Shown: positions 1 to 15,087, numbered from the stretch's first letter. The stretch: DNA of 64,000 nucleotides from Eledone cirrhosa (GCA_964016885.1 OZ024747.1:83080001-83144000), one strand, 5' to 3'. Notes: generated by a model not told the origin, from the sequence alone. Numbers and translations are program-made.

Positions 1-270
1 AAAAAGCACTCAGCCCACACTGTAAAGTGGTCGTATAGATGTTGTGACAAAAAACATCCAGTCTACACTGTAAAATGGTCGTGTGTGTGTCACAACAAAA
101 AGCACTCAGCATACACACTGTAAATGTGGTTGGCATTAGGAAGGGCATCCAGTTGTAGAAATCTAGCCAGAAACATTTCTGTATGAGCAAGACATGTTCA
201 CCTGACCTAGCATTGCCCACAACAGGACAACTCGTCTAACCCATGCTAGTGGGGAAATTGGACGCATCTT
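1..270 (+). mobile_element. RTE LINE 3'-UTR-derived / SINE-like fragment
   Basis: Shares motifs (cacactgtaaa-tgtggttggcattaggaagggcatccag, ctaacccatgctag) with the 3' UTR of the RTE element at 4384-4735. Confidence 0.7.
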
Positions 271-553
271 GCAAAATAAATACATCGCACACACATACAT
301 ACATACATTTACTGATACATATATGTGTATATATATATATTTCGTTTCTGAATTTGTTTAGCAAGATTCTTTATCTGAAAACGTGTGTTGAAACCGATAT
401 TGTTATACTTTGGGAGGGTCATGTTGCCAATAAGAAACACACGCACCAGTTGCTTTCACTTCAATTTATTATAAATTAAATTTATAAATTTAGGAATTTA
501 TAAATTTTCCGGTTGGTTGGTTGGTTCCACAACCAGATGATTGTTCATATATT

Positions 554-596
554 GTCAAAGTTCTTTCGTCACACATTCTGTGACCTCTTCAGTGAC
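554..596 (-). ncRNA. Degenerate minimal type I hammerhead ribozyme motif
   Basis: Minus strand: GUCA-CUGAAGA-G-GUCAC(AGAAUGU)GUGAC-GAAA-GAAC-UU-UGAC; 4-bp stem I, extra unpaired G at the base of stem II. Confidence 0.5.
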
Positions 597-913
597 TAGG
601 GATTCTTTTCTTTGTTTTTGTGCCTCTCCTTTGTTCATGTGTTACATCCGGGTGTCCGTGTGTGTTTATATTTGTTTATTTATTTGTTTATTTACATATT
701 ACTGGTTGGTTGTTTGTTCTATGTGTGTGTGTGTTTTCATTTTGTCCTTAATTGTAAGTTGTGATGTTGCTGTTCCATTCATGTTTTCTATTTAATTTTG
801 GTTGGAGTTCATTTATGTAACACATGCGCAAACTAAGCACACAACACACACAAAAACAAGATGGCATAGGACAGAACAAAGGAGAGGCACAAAAACAAAG
901 AAAAGAATCCCCA

Positions 914-956
914 GTCACTGAAGAGGTCACAGAATGTGTGACGAAATAACTTTGAC
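914..956 (+). ncRNA. Degenerate minimal type I hammerhead ribozyme motif (mirror copy)
   Basis: GUCA-CUGAAGA(918-924)-G-GUCAC..GUGAC-GAAA(943-946)-UAAC-UU-UGAC; stem III disrupted in this copy. Confidence 0.4.
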
Positions 957-1104
957 AATATATGAACAATCATCTGGTTGGGGAACCAACCAACCAACCG
1001 GAAAATTTATAAATTCCTAAATTTATAAATTTAATTTATAATAAATTGAAGTGAAAGCAACTGGTGCGTGTGTTTCTTATTGGCAACATGACCCTCCCAA
1101 AGTA

Positions 1105-1140
<36 letters not shown>

Positions 1141-2377
1141 GAGAGAGAAAGAGAGAAAGAGAGTCGTCATTAGTAAACAAAAATAGTCAAGAATAAAGAT
1201 GGTAAAAAAGAGTTATATAACCTTGCATAATCTCATGAAACAGAACAAATTATTTCTAAGTTTTGAATTAAAGAACAAAAATTAAAATTATCTCCCTTGG
1301 ACCGTGTCATGTTTAGTGGAATTTATTTTTACTTTTGGTATAAGACCAGCAATTTGAATGGCAGCCAAATCTCCCTGCCTGAAAACATGTGAATACCTAT
1401 GTGGTCACTACGCTTGCTAAAAATAGCAGCCAAAGCTCACTCAAATCAGATGAAAATAGTCTTTGTACTGACCATTTCTCGTGTGTTTTCAGACATTTTT
1501 GAGAAATTTTAGGGAAATTCAGCTACAATTTTCTGCATGTAAAACGACCATATAGAGATCCACTTGATTTCAGGCAGCAATATCATATTTGATTGAGGTT
1601 TGGTTGCTGTTGCAAAGCGGTTCGATTGTTTCCAAACGAAAATGATTGATTTAAAGGAAATCTGGCTGTTTTTCCTAGTAATGACCATGTAGAGGTTCAC
1701 TTGTTTACAGGTGATTTGAGGGAGATTCTGCTATTTTTAGCATGTACTGCGATTATATAGTAGTTCACGGGGTTTGAGATATTTATCACGGATTCTGCTG
1801 CTATTTTTAGCAAGTGAAGCGACCATGTGGGGGTTTACCTCTTTTCAGACAGAAATGAGAGATTTAAGAGCGATTTGGTTGCTACTTCTAATGTGTAGCG
1901 ACTATATGTTGTTTACTTATAAATGATTGGCCTTGTGCCTAAGTTAGAAACCATTATTATCAAACAGAAAAAAAGAAGCAAGCATGCTTCAATAGATGTC
2001 ATACATTGCAAAAAATGTGACATATCAAGTGATGCTCATGCTTGAAGCTTTTTTAAGTGACGAAAGGCTTTGCACAGAGCCAATCCCACTTTCTGAACAT
2101 CGAATGCATTTACCAAAAAAGTAGAACTGGTCTACATCATTGGATGCAAACAAAAAAGAAAATCTTTATTGAACGGACGTTGACTCTCCTCAGTTCCCCC
2201 GCCCTTTGATAGGTCTTATTTTTCATCCTGCAGGATGTCCAAAATCATCTCCACCAAGCAAGCTTGGTGGGGTTGTCGGTTTAGTCGCCGGCAACCCAAC
2301 CATGCACAGGTTAACTTGGTTACATGTTACCAGTAACACTGAACAGTGACCTGACATAAACATACATACATACATAA

Positions 2378-3360
2378 AGTGACTCATTGAAGTTCACTTT
2401 TGCTTTTATATTTTGATGGAGTTTTTTTAATATTCCAACAAATTCATGAGAGCATCCAAGTTTCCCTAATATGAACCACAATGCACTACGATTAACAGTA
2501 TCGAAGGCTTTGGTAAGGTCCAAAAATACTCGGTATAGTAGCACTTGCTGCTCAACACTGTGTTCTCCATCTACTTCACTGTGTTGCTGATATATGCCTT
2601 CCAAGACATTGAAATCAGTGTGTACTTGTGAATTAGAACCTCTGGCAAAGTATTTAATCAAAGACGTTTTAACACCAAGTCCAAAACATTTGGCACCCTT
2701 GTCAGAGAGTCCCTGTATGCTGATGATGCAGAATTTGTGGCACACACTGTAGAGGACATGCAGTTGATATTGGACACCTTCTCCAATGCATGCACTATAT
2801 TTGGGGTAAATATTAGTATAATAAAGACAAAGGTCATGTACACTCTACCAGTTGGGGAAGTGTATGTGGAGCCAGACACTTTCATGAGAGCAAAAAGACT
2901 TGAGGTGGTGTATCTCGCAAATACACTTAGTAGAGATGATATCCTCAATGCTGAAATAGATCACAGGATTGCAAAAGTGAGTCTTGCCTTTGGAAAGCTT
3001 GAGAAGCAAGTCTGGTCAGGGTATTACAAAAAACACAAAGCTTTCTGTTTATGCGACCTGTGTTCTTACAGCCCTGCTATATGGATGCAAAATGTGGACA
3101 ACTTAGAAGCATCACATCAGGCAACTGGAAACGTTTTAACATTGTATCTGGTGCATCCTGAACATCAAGTGGGCCTCTTACACACCTAAGGTTGCTGTAG
3201 TTGAGAAACTGGGCAGCACCAGTATTGAGAGGAGGATTATTATGAACCAGACACACTGGGCTAGTCAAGATGGAAGATGGAAGGCTGCCTAAACAGTTAT
3301 TTTATGGGGAGCTGACCAGAGGGAAAAGGCCACAGCATAAACCAAAGAAGCAGTTTAGTG
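2378..3360 (+). mobile_element. Degenerate RTE (BovB-like) LINE RT fragment with inverted 5' segment
   Basis: Minus strand ~2378-2552 encodes FLDLTKAFDTVNRSALW; plus strand ~2552-3360 encodes downstream RT (RESLYADDAEFVAHT) with stops and frameshifts. Confidence 0.8.
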
Positions 3361-3384
3361 AACTACTACTTATGTTTATAATAA

Positions 3385-4155
3385 AATGTTTCTCCCTCCG
3401 AATGAAAGGTTGACTGTTTGTTGCCTGTTGCAATGTGCTATGCTGTATGGCTCTGAAACATGGGCAGTGATTGCAGAGTATATACACAGGTTGGAGAGAA
3501 ATGAAGCAAGTAAGTTTCGATGGATGTGCAATGTGAATGTAAGAAAATAACAGAGCTTGGATGAACAAAGAGAAAAACTGAGTATAAGAGGAATAAAAGT
3601 AGTGTTCAAGAGAGGACTGCACTTGTATGGACATGTGATGTGTATGCATGGCGATTGCTGGGTGAAGAAGTGGAATGAAATTGCACTAGAGGAAGGCCAA
3701 GGAAGACCTGGGCAGATGTGGTGAGAGCTGATCTAAAATCTGAGACTCACAGTGGAGTGCCCTAATGTTGAAATGTGATAGTGCTGGTGCCACAATAAAT
3801 GCACTTAAACCCCACTATAAAGCGTTACAATAAAATGTACCCAGGCCACTCTGTTAAATGGTAGTGCTAGTGCCACTATAAAATACACCCAGCATACACT
3901 ATAAAGTGATAGTGCTGGTGCCACAATAAAAAGCACCCAATTCACCTTGTCAGGTGGTTGTAGCAGTGCCATGATAAAAAGAAATGCCATGAAGTGTTTG
4001 GCATTAGGAATGGCATCCAGCCATAAAACCCATGCTAGAATCGAACATATGAGTGAGTCGCAGTCATCTCATTTGTCTACTCTTGGAACATAACAACCCA
4101 TCTAACCCAAGCAAGCATGGAAAATAGACATGAAATGGTGATAATCATGATGAAG
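3385..4155 (+). mobile_element. Degenerate 3' fragment of a second RTE family (C-terminal ORF plus 3' UTR)
   Basis: Encodes MLYGSETWA..RLERNEA-like remnants similar to the ORF at 4736-6850, followed by UTR motifs and a degenerate GAT tail. Confidence 0.7.
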
Positions 4156-4383
4156 AAGATTTTCCATATTGGTATGGGTTGGACAAATATATATAACTAT
4201 GTATATGCAATGCAGAATAGCTACACTGTATCCCTGTGTGTTCTAAGAAGTGATTAAAAGGGTTGGTGTCAGAAAGGGTGTCTGGCTGTAAAACATTGCC
4301 TCAAAAAGTTCTGTCCAACCCATGCCAGCATGGAAAAGTTAACATGACTGATGTTGATGAAAAAATGTGGATGTATATACATT

Positions 4384-8089
<3,706 letters not shown>

Positions 8090-8126
8090 ATTAAATAAAT
8101 GGAAACTATATTTATAAAACCATATT

Positions 8127-8192
8127 TATTTCATTATATATATTTCAGGGATATCATATTAAAAATATGTTATGCCTTCTTCAGACAAAATA
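8127..8192 (-). ncRNA. Minimal type I hammerhead ribozyme
   Basis: Minus strand: UAUUUUGU-CUGAAGA-AGG..hairpin..CCU-GAAA-UAUAUA-UA-AUGAAAUA; 8-bp stem I (2 GU), palindromic stem III, intact core. Confidence 0.75.
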
Positions 8193-8317
8193 CAATATAA
8201 ACAGTCTTATAAATAGATAGATTCGACATACCTTTCAACTTCGACTTCTATTTGAAAAGTTGATTTGGTAGTGAAAAAATATAAATATATATATGTATAT
8301 ATATAAATATATATATG

Positions 8318-8348
<31 letters not shown>

Positions 8349-8449
8349 ATATAAATATATATATGTATATATAAATATATATATGTATATATATATATAT
8401 ATATATAAATATATATATGTATATATATGTATATATAAATATATATATG

Positions 8450-8482
<33 letters not shown>

Positions 8483-8567
8483 GTATATATATGTATATAT
8501 AAATATATATATGTATATAAATATATATATGTATATATATATATATATATATATACATATATATATT

Positions 8568-8598
<31 letters not shown>

Positions 8599-8599
8599 G

Positions 8600-8632
<33 letters not shown>

Positions 8633-8686
8633 GTATATATATATATAAGAGGGTGTTAAAGTTTGCTTGAAGCATTGTGAAATGTG

Positions 8687-9083
8687 TAAAATACGTAGTT
8701 AAGAAAGCCACAACAATGCAGAGGGGAATCTCGAGGTAGGAAGTGAAAGATAGGAGAAACAGGTGAAAGTGAAAATTGAGAGAGACAAAGATGAAAACAA
8801 AACAAAGGTAGAAGGGTTACCGTAACGGCATTCCTGTCTTAACGACATCACAACTTTCTCCGCTTGGCCTGTTCCCCCCCCCTTTTGGAACTTTTCCCCG
8901 TTGATGGGCGTGAGCCCGAAATATTGGGATTAAATCTCCACTACGGTAACCCTTCTACCTTTGTTTTGTTTTCATCTTTGTCTCTCTCAATTTTCACTTT
9001 CACCTGTTTCTCCTATCTATCTTTCACTTCCTACCTCGAGATTCCCCTCTGCATTGTTGTGGCTTTCTTAACTACGTATTTTA
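8687..9083. repeat. Inverted repeat (arms 8687-8824 and 8942-9083) embedded in (TA)n
   Basis: Reverse-complement arms of ~140 bp differing by a 4-bp indel; 117-bp spacer. Confidence 0.9.
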
Positions 9084-9114
<31 letters not shown>

Positions 9115-9131
9115 GTATACATATATATTAT

Positions 9132-9194
<63 letters not shown>

Positions 9195-9201
9195 GTATAT
9201 G

Positions 9202-9243
<42 letters not shown>

Positions 9244-9246
<3 letters not shown>

Positions 9247-9883
9247 GGTGCGGACGATATTTGTTCGCAAGATTACTGTCTAGCAAAAAATAACACAGTA
9301 GTTTTATTTTTTAAGATATATTTATCAAACTTGGGTCAGTTTGTCTTCATGACTTGTTCTTTCGATCTCACTCAATAAACCCGCCATTGGCTTTCATGAC
9401 GGCCTAAAGGCGACCTCGGAACTGGCTACAGGCCTTCGTCACTGTCCCCCAACTTAGGCCCCTAAAAGCACTTGTGATCCTGGCTTTCAGATCGTCTTTC
9501 GTATTGCAGCTAGATCTGTTGGTGTCTCGTTCCATTGCACCCCACACAAAGAAGTCAAGGGGGTTGCAGTCAGGCGAGCTGGGAGGCCAGATGTCAGGTG
9601 AAGTGTGGTCCACGAAGTTCTCTGACAGCCAGGCTTGGGTCTTTCAGCTGGTATGGCAGGGCGCTGAGTCTTGCTGCCACACTTACGGCCTACCTGCAGT
9701 TACCTGGGCAATCCAGGGCTTTACTACCTCGCACAGGACACGGATGTAGCCATCGGTGTTCAGCTTTAGGCCCTAAAGGAAGAAGTGAGGTGGCATGACG
9801 TCACCTTGACTGCTGACGACACCTAAGACCAATGTTGTCGGTGGAAACCTTGTCTGCATGACTCTGGGCACGTCTTTGGATGT
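9244..9883 (-). mobile_element. Tc1/mariner DD37D (maT-type) transposon, truncated 3' half
   Basis: Terminus TA|CAGGGTG; minus strand encodes YVWQQDSAPCHTS*KTQAWL..WPPSSPDCNPLDFFVWG with 37 residues between the last two Asp; in-frame stop. Confidence 0.85.
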
Positions 9884-9915
9884 GTGTGTATGTATATATA
9901 TATATATGTATATAT

Positions 9916-12900
9916 AACTTTGAATAACTTTGAAATGTTTTGGCCAGTATTGGCCCAGGCCATGTCTAACTTAATAGCACCACCTGGCGAAGTCTTTCAA
10001 TTCAGGATTTGGGCACCATGGCCCATTCGAGAAGAGAATTACTGTTTGCGGAGACATATCCGGGTGTGGGTGGTTTGTCCGGGACTACCTGGAGGAATTT
10101 GTCCAAAGACTTCTTGAATTTTGTGTGGTCAGTTTCTGTTTTGACGTGTCCTGGTGTGATGTTGAAGAGAGCAGGGCCAATTGAGGTGAAATAATTGTGC
10201 CGTATTGTTGTTATGAGTTGCGATTTAGATTTTTGTTTGGGACGGATAGCACGGGACCCAAGCCTTGGGTGTATTTTGAAGGTGATGCCAACATCATTTG
10301 GGCAGTGATGATGAAACATTTTCCACATCATGCAGATAATATAACGCTCACGGCGACGTTGGAGTGAGTAAAGTTTCAGCTTTTCTAGTCGACCCCAGTA
10401 GTCAAGGTCTGATATGCCATCTATCTTTTTCGTGATTGCCCTTTGGGGAGCTTTAAGTTTCATGATACTTTGTTTCGTGTGGGGAGACCACAGTGGACAA
10501 CAGTATTCAAGGTGTGGTCGGGCAAAAGTAGAGAAGAGAAGGATAATGGTGTGGGAATCTCTCGACTGGAAGGTTCTGAGGATCCAGGAACACATTCTGC
10601 GGGCCATGTCAACTTTGCTGCTTATATGCGTGGCCCAGCTTATGTTGCTGTCCACGGTTACTCCCAAGTCTCTGATGTTGTTAGATGCCACGAAAGTTTC
10701 ACCGGAGGGAAGGGAGTACGGGAGTTTCAGAGCATCCTCTTTTCCAAAGTGGATCAGTTCGAATTTGTCTTCGTTCAGTAACATGTTGTTCTTTTCCGCC
10801 CATTGGGTAACAGCCAGTAGGTCTAACTGAAGGCTTATCCGGTCATCCACGCCATTGATGACCTTTTGGAGCTTGGAATCATCAGCGAAAATTCTAATGT
10901 TGCTGTGTTTGATGATGTCAGTGATGTCATTAATATAGATGATGAAGAGAAGTGGGCCCAACACAGTGCCTTGTGGGACCCCACTACTGACTTTGGCTGG
11001 GCTGGATTTGACTCCTTCAACTACAACATGTTGGGTTCTGTTTGACAGGAAGCTTTTGATCCACTGCAGCAGCTTTCCAGTGACACCAATATCGGACAGT
11101 TTTCTCAGTAGAATGTTGTGATCAACCCTGTCAAAGGCCTTGCTGAAATCAAGGTAGATAACATCAGTGTTGGAACCCTCTCCCAAGGCTCTCAAAATGT
11201 CATCAAAGTGATGCAGTAGCTGCGTCAGGCAATCCCTTCCATTACGGAATCCATGCTGGTTGGAGTTCAGCATATTGTTACTCTCAAGGAAGTGGGTCAT
11301 TCGCGATCTCACCACTCTCTCAAATACCTTAATGATATGAGAGGTGAGTGAGATTGGACGGTAATTCATGGCAAGGGATTTGTTTCCTTTTTTGAAAACT
11401 GGGACAACAGACTGGGATAGAAGGTTTTCTGGCACATATCCAGCATCCAGTGAGTTCCGCCACAGCTTGGCAAGAGGAGATGCAAGTTGGTGTTGACACG
11501 CCTTCAAGACACAAGCAGGGAACCTATCGGGACCTACTGCTGAATTATGCTTCATTTCCTTTATTACCGCTAAGACATCAGGGGCGCCAAACGTTATGTC
11601 CGATAAGGTGTAATGGGGAGTAACATCGCCGATACAGCCCAGATCGGCCATATCAGGATTGCTGAAAACAGAGCAGTATTGTTTCTGCAGTATCTCACCC
11701 ATGGTTTTAGCATTGTCTTGAAGAGTGCCATTTTCATCAATTAGAGGGCCAACAGTAGAGCCAGTGATTTTGTGTTTTTTTGCAAATGAAAAGAACACTT
11801 TGGGATTGAGTTTGATCTTCTCAATGGCCCAGGCCTCTTCAGCTCTTCTCTGATTGTTGATGATAGACATCATATTGTTTTGGAGGTTATGTTTTTTAAT
11901 CTCTAGTGATGAAATGGCAGTCAAGTTGATGTGTTGCTGCTGACAGTATTTCAGCTTGTTGATTTTTTTGTTCGTTCTCTTAATTTTCCTGATGAGCGTT
12001 TTTCTATTTCTAGGGATTCTGCTCTTAGATTTGTTTATAGTTCTTAATGGCGTGTGTTTTGCACATATGTTTGTAACAGTGTCCACAAATGTCTGCCAGG
12101 ACTTTTTGATGTTAGTGGGTGTATGAGTGTGCGTGAAGGACCAGTCGACATGTGCAAGATCATGACTGATCGCTTCCCAGTTTGCATTGTGGAAATCCAT
12201 AGCGTCAAACAGATGGACAGGAGAGATGACATTGGGTTTGTATATTGGACGGTGGAATCTCAAATCACAGAGAACCATGTCATGATCAGAAAGTAGAGTT
12301 TTCTCCACTGCAATATTGTGGATATTGTCAGTGTGATTGCTGAAAATTAAGTCTAGGACGTTTTTGTGGCACCTCATTGGTTCGAGCACCAGTTGGGACA
12401 GGAAGAAATCATCCATGAAGTCAAGAAGCGATTCCACTGCTTCCCTGTCAGAGGTTGAGGCAGAAGAACCTGGTGGCAGGCTGTTTGTGGACCAGTCAAC
12501 TCCGGGGAGGTTGAAGTCCCCCATCATTAAGATGTTGTCAGGGTGACACTCTTGGATGAAACATTTTATGCTGTTGAGGCATTCCTTGAAGCATGGTACA
12601 GGCGTTTGGGGTGGCCTATAGAGCCCAACTACTATTAGGTTGTTGGTTTGACTGAATACAGTGACTGCTTCGCAGTATCCATTAGTAAATATGTTCATAG
12701 CCTCTGTTGAGAAAGAATTATGGACATAAATGGCAGTCCCACCCTTTCTTCTGCCAGCGCGATCAGCACGGATGGCTTTGAAATTTTTCACTTTCACCTC
12801 GGCTTCCAAGTGGAGGTTACTGAGATGGGTTTCAGTGAGGACGAAGAAAGGGATGTGGTTTGGATGGACATCAACCCAGTCCTCCAGGAATTTGATCTTC

Positions 12901-13045
12901 CATTTTTGAGTATTGGTGGAAGGGCTGATGCCTTGGGCGTTAAGCAAAAATGTTGAGGCGAGAGTGGATGGTTTTAATTGTTTTGGTGAGTGTGTTCTGT
13001 TATTAATTCTGGCAATATTACACAAATATGACTCTCCCCAAGTAT
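9916..13045 (-). mobile_element. CR1-group LINE, 5'-truncated, flanked by (TA)n on both sides
   Basis: Single long APE+RT ORF, short 3' UTR ending in a TTCAAAGTTA repeat at ~9916-9937; no ORF1 present. Confidence 0.9.
10002..13025 (-). CDS. LINE ORF2: AP endonuclease plus reverse transcriptase (1007 aa, uninterrupted)
   Basis: APE motifs LLNAQG, LTETHL, GLYRPP, GDFNLP, LDLIF, SDHDMV; RT motifs NYRPISLTS, DFSKAFD, GVPQGTVLGPLLF, FADD; start codon uncertain (TTG). Confidence 0.92.
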   Translation of the reverse strand: MCNIARINNRTHSPKQLKPSTLASTFLLNAQGISPSTNTQKWKIKFLEDWVDVHPNHIPFFVLTETHLSNLHLEAEVKVKNFKAIRADRAGRRKGGTAIYVHNSFSTEAMNIFTNGYCEAVTVFSQTNNLIVVGLYRPPQTPVPCFKECLNSIKCFIQECHPDNILMMGDFNLPGVDWSTNSLPPGSSASTSDREAVESLLDFMDDFFLSQLVLEPMRCHKNVLDLIFSNHTDNIHNIAVEKTLLSDHDMVLCDLRFHRPIYKPNVISPVHLFDAMDFHNANWEAISHDLAHVDWSFTHTHTPTNIKKSWQTFVDTVTNICAKHTPLRTINKSKSRIPRNRKTLIRKIKRTNKKINKLKYCQQQHINLTAISSLEIKKHNLQNNMMSIINNQRRAEEAWAIEKIKLNPKVFFSFAKKHKITGSTVGPLIDENGTLQDNAKTMGEILQKQYCSVFSNPDMADLGCIGDVTPHYTLSDITFGAPDVLAVIKEMKHNSAVGPDRFPACVLKACQHQLASPLAKLWRNSLDAGYVPENLLSQSVVPVFKKGNKSLAMNYRPISLTSHIIKVFERVVRSRMTHFLESNNMLNSNQHGFRNGRDCLTQLLHHFDDILRALGEGSNTDVIYLDFSKAFDRVDHNILLRKLSDIGVTGKLLQWIKSFLSNRTQHVVVEGVKSSPAKVSSGVPQGTVLGPLLFIIYINDITDIIKHSNIRIFADDSKLQKVINGVDDRISLQLDLLAVTQWAEKNNMLLNEDKFELIHFGKEDALKLPYSLPSGETFVASNNIRDLGVTVDSNISWATHISSKVDMARRMCSWILRTFQSRDSHTIILLFSTFARPHLEYCCPLWSPHTKQSIMKLKAPQRAITKKIDGISDLDYWGRLEKLKLYSLQRRRERYIICMMWKMFHHHCPNDVGITFKIHPRLGSRAIRPKQKSKSQLITTIRHNYFTSIGPALFNITPGHVKTETDHTKFKKSLDKFLQVVPDKPPTPGYVSANSNSLLEWAMVPKS

Positions 13046-13081
13046 AATATATATATATTTATATATATATATTTATATATT

Positions 13082-13180
<99 letters not shown>

Positions 13181-13234
13181 ATATATTTATATATTTATAT
13201 ATATTTATATATATTTATATATATATATATTTAT

Positions 13235-13690
13235 ATCATCATCATCATCATCATCAGGTTTAGCGTCCGTGTTCCACGCTTGCATGGGTTTGGACGGGGG
13301 TTTTCCCACTTGAGGCAAGAGTGGTTGTCTTGCTCGCATAGGACTGTCTGGCGGGTTTTCTACAGTTGGATGCCCTTCCTAACACCAACCACATTTACAA
13401 TGTGGGGCTGGGAGGTTTTTACCGTGTTGCCTACACGGCCACATTACAGCGTGGACTGTCTGGCGGGTTTTCTACAGCTGGATGCCCTTCCTAACACCAA
13501 CCACATTTACAGTGTGGGGCTGGGAGGTTTTTACTGTGTTGCCTACACGGCCACATTTACAGCGTGGACTGTGTGTTTTTTGTCGTGACACCTACACGAT
13601 CTCATTTGTTTCGGCCTGGATGTTGTGGGACCAACATAACTTTACATTGAAAGGAGCGGTGTGGGTGGGGTGGAGGTGGTGGGACGGGGG
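13235..13690 (-). mobile_element. RTE 3'-UTR-only copy with ~112-bp internal tandem duplication
   Basis: (CAT)n on + strand then sequence highly similar to 4404-4690; unit starting ggactgtctggcggg repeats at 13341 and 13453. Confidence 0.85.
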
Positions 13691-13708
13691 TGTGTTTATA
13701 TATATATT

Positions 13709-13803
<95 letters not shown>

Positions 13804-13822
13804 TTATATATATATTTATATA

Positions 13823-13898
<76 letters not shown>

Positions 13899-14006
13899 TA
13901 TATATATATATATTTATATATATATATATTTATATATATATATATTTATATATATATATATTTATATATATATATAAGATCAAAAGATGGTTAAAAGAGT
14001 TCCATG

Positions 14007-14077
14007 TATTTTATTATGCGCATTTCAAAAACAAATATCATCATGCAATAACATTTGTGTTTTCATCAGATAAAATA
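14007..14077 (-). ncRNA. Minimal type I hammerhead ribozyme (mirror copy)
   Basis: Reverse complement of 14200-14270. Confidence 0.8.
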
Positions 14078-14199
14078 GGAAGACATAATATGAAGGTTAA
14101 AAAACACTTGTGGATAGTGCAGTTTTAAATCAACATATATATGTTGATTTAAAACTGCACTATCCACAAGTGTTTTTTAACCTTCATATCATGTCTTCC

Positions 14200-14270
14200 T
14201 ATTTTATCTGATGAAAACACAAATGTTATTGCATGATGATATTTGTTTTTGAAATGCGCATAATAAAATA
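14200..14270 (+). ncRNA. Minimal type I hammerhead ribozyme
   Basis: UAUUUUAU-CUGAUGA(14208-14214)-15-position stem II with one mismatch-GAAA(14251-14254)-UGCGCA-UA-AUAAAAUA; perfect 8-bp stem I; predicted cleavage after 14262. Confidence 0.8.
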
Positions 14271-14391
14271 CATGGAACTCTTTTAACCATCTTTTGATCT
14301 TATATATTATGTATACTCCAGTCCTACAAACTGTAGAGTGCTTCTTATCCGATATCTGCATTGCTTTATTATACTACAATAAAACTCACCT

Positions 14392-14842
14392 CATCATCAT
14401 CATCATCATCATCAGGTTTAGCGTCCGTGTTCCACGCTTGCATGGGTTTGGACGGGGGTTTTCCCACTTGAGGCAAGAGTGGTTGTCTTGCTCGCATAGG
14501 ACTGTCTGGCGGGTTTTCTACAGTTGGATGCCCTTCCTAACACCAACCACATTTACAGTGTGGGGCTGGGAGGTTTTTACCGTGTTGCCTACACGGCCAC
14601 ATTACAGCGTGGACTGTCTGGCGGGTTTTCTACAGCTGGATGCCCTTCCTAACACCAACCACATTTACAGTGTGGGGCTGGGAGGTTTTTACCGTGTTGC
14701 CTACACGGCCACATTTACAGCGTGGACTGTGTGTTTTTTTGTCGTGACACCTACACGATCTCATTTGTTTCGGCCTGGATGTTGTGGGACCAACATAACT
14801 TTACATTGAAAGGGGCGGTGTGGATGGGGTGGAGGTGGTGGG
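14392..14842 (-). mobile_element. RTE 3'-UTR-only copy, near-identical to 13235-13690
   Basis: Same sequence and same internal duplication. Confidence 0.85.
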
Positions 14843-14906
14843 ATTTATATATATATATATTTATATATATATATTTATATATATATATATTTATATATAT
14901 ATATAT

Positions 14907-15000
<94 letters not shown>

Positions 15001-15049
15001 ATAAATATATATATATAAATATATATATATTTATATATATATATATATA

Positions 15050-15087
<38 letters not shown>

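Larger units (their letters stand above)
402..1108. repeat. Long inverted repeat (235-bp arms at 402-636 and 874-1108, 237-bp spacer), Penelope-pLTR-like
   Basis: Arms are reverse complements with only a few substitutions; right arm abuts (TA)n; each arm carries a hammerhead-like core. Confidence 0.9.
13970..14307. repeat. Near-perfect 338-bp palindrome with no spacer, Penelope-pLTR-like
   Basis: Centre at 14138/14139 (caacatatatatgttg); one mismatch seen between arms. Confidence 0.95.

Noticed and set aside
541-969. Two similar ORFs (MFIYCQS..) on opposite strands
   Set aside because: Artefact of the inverted repeat; no protein features
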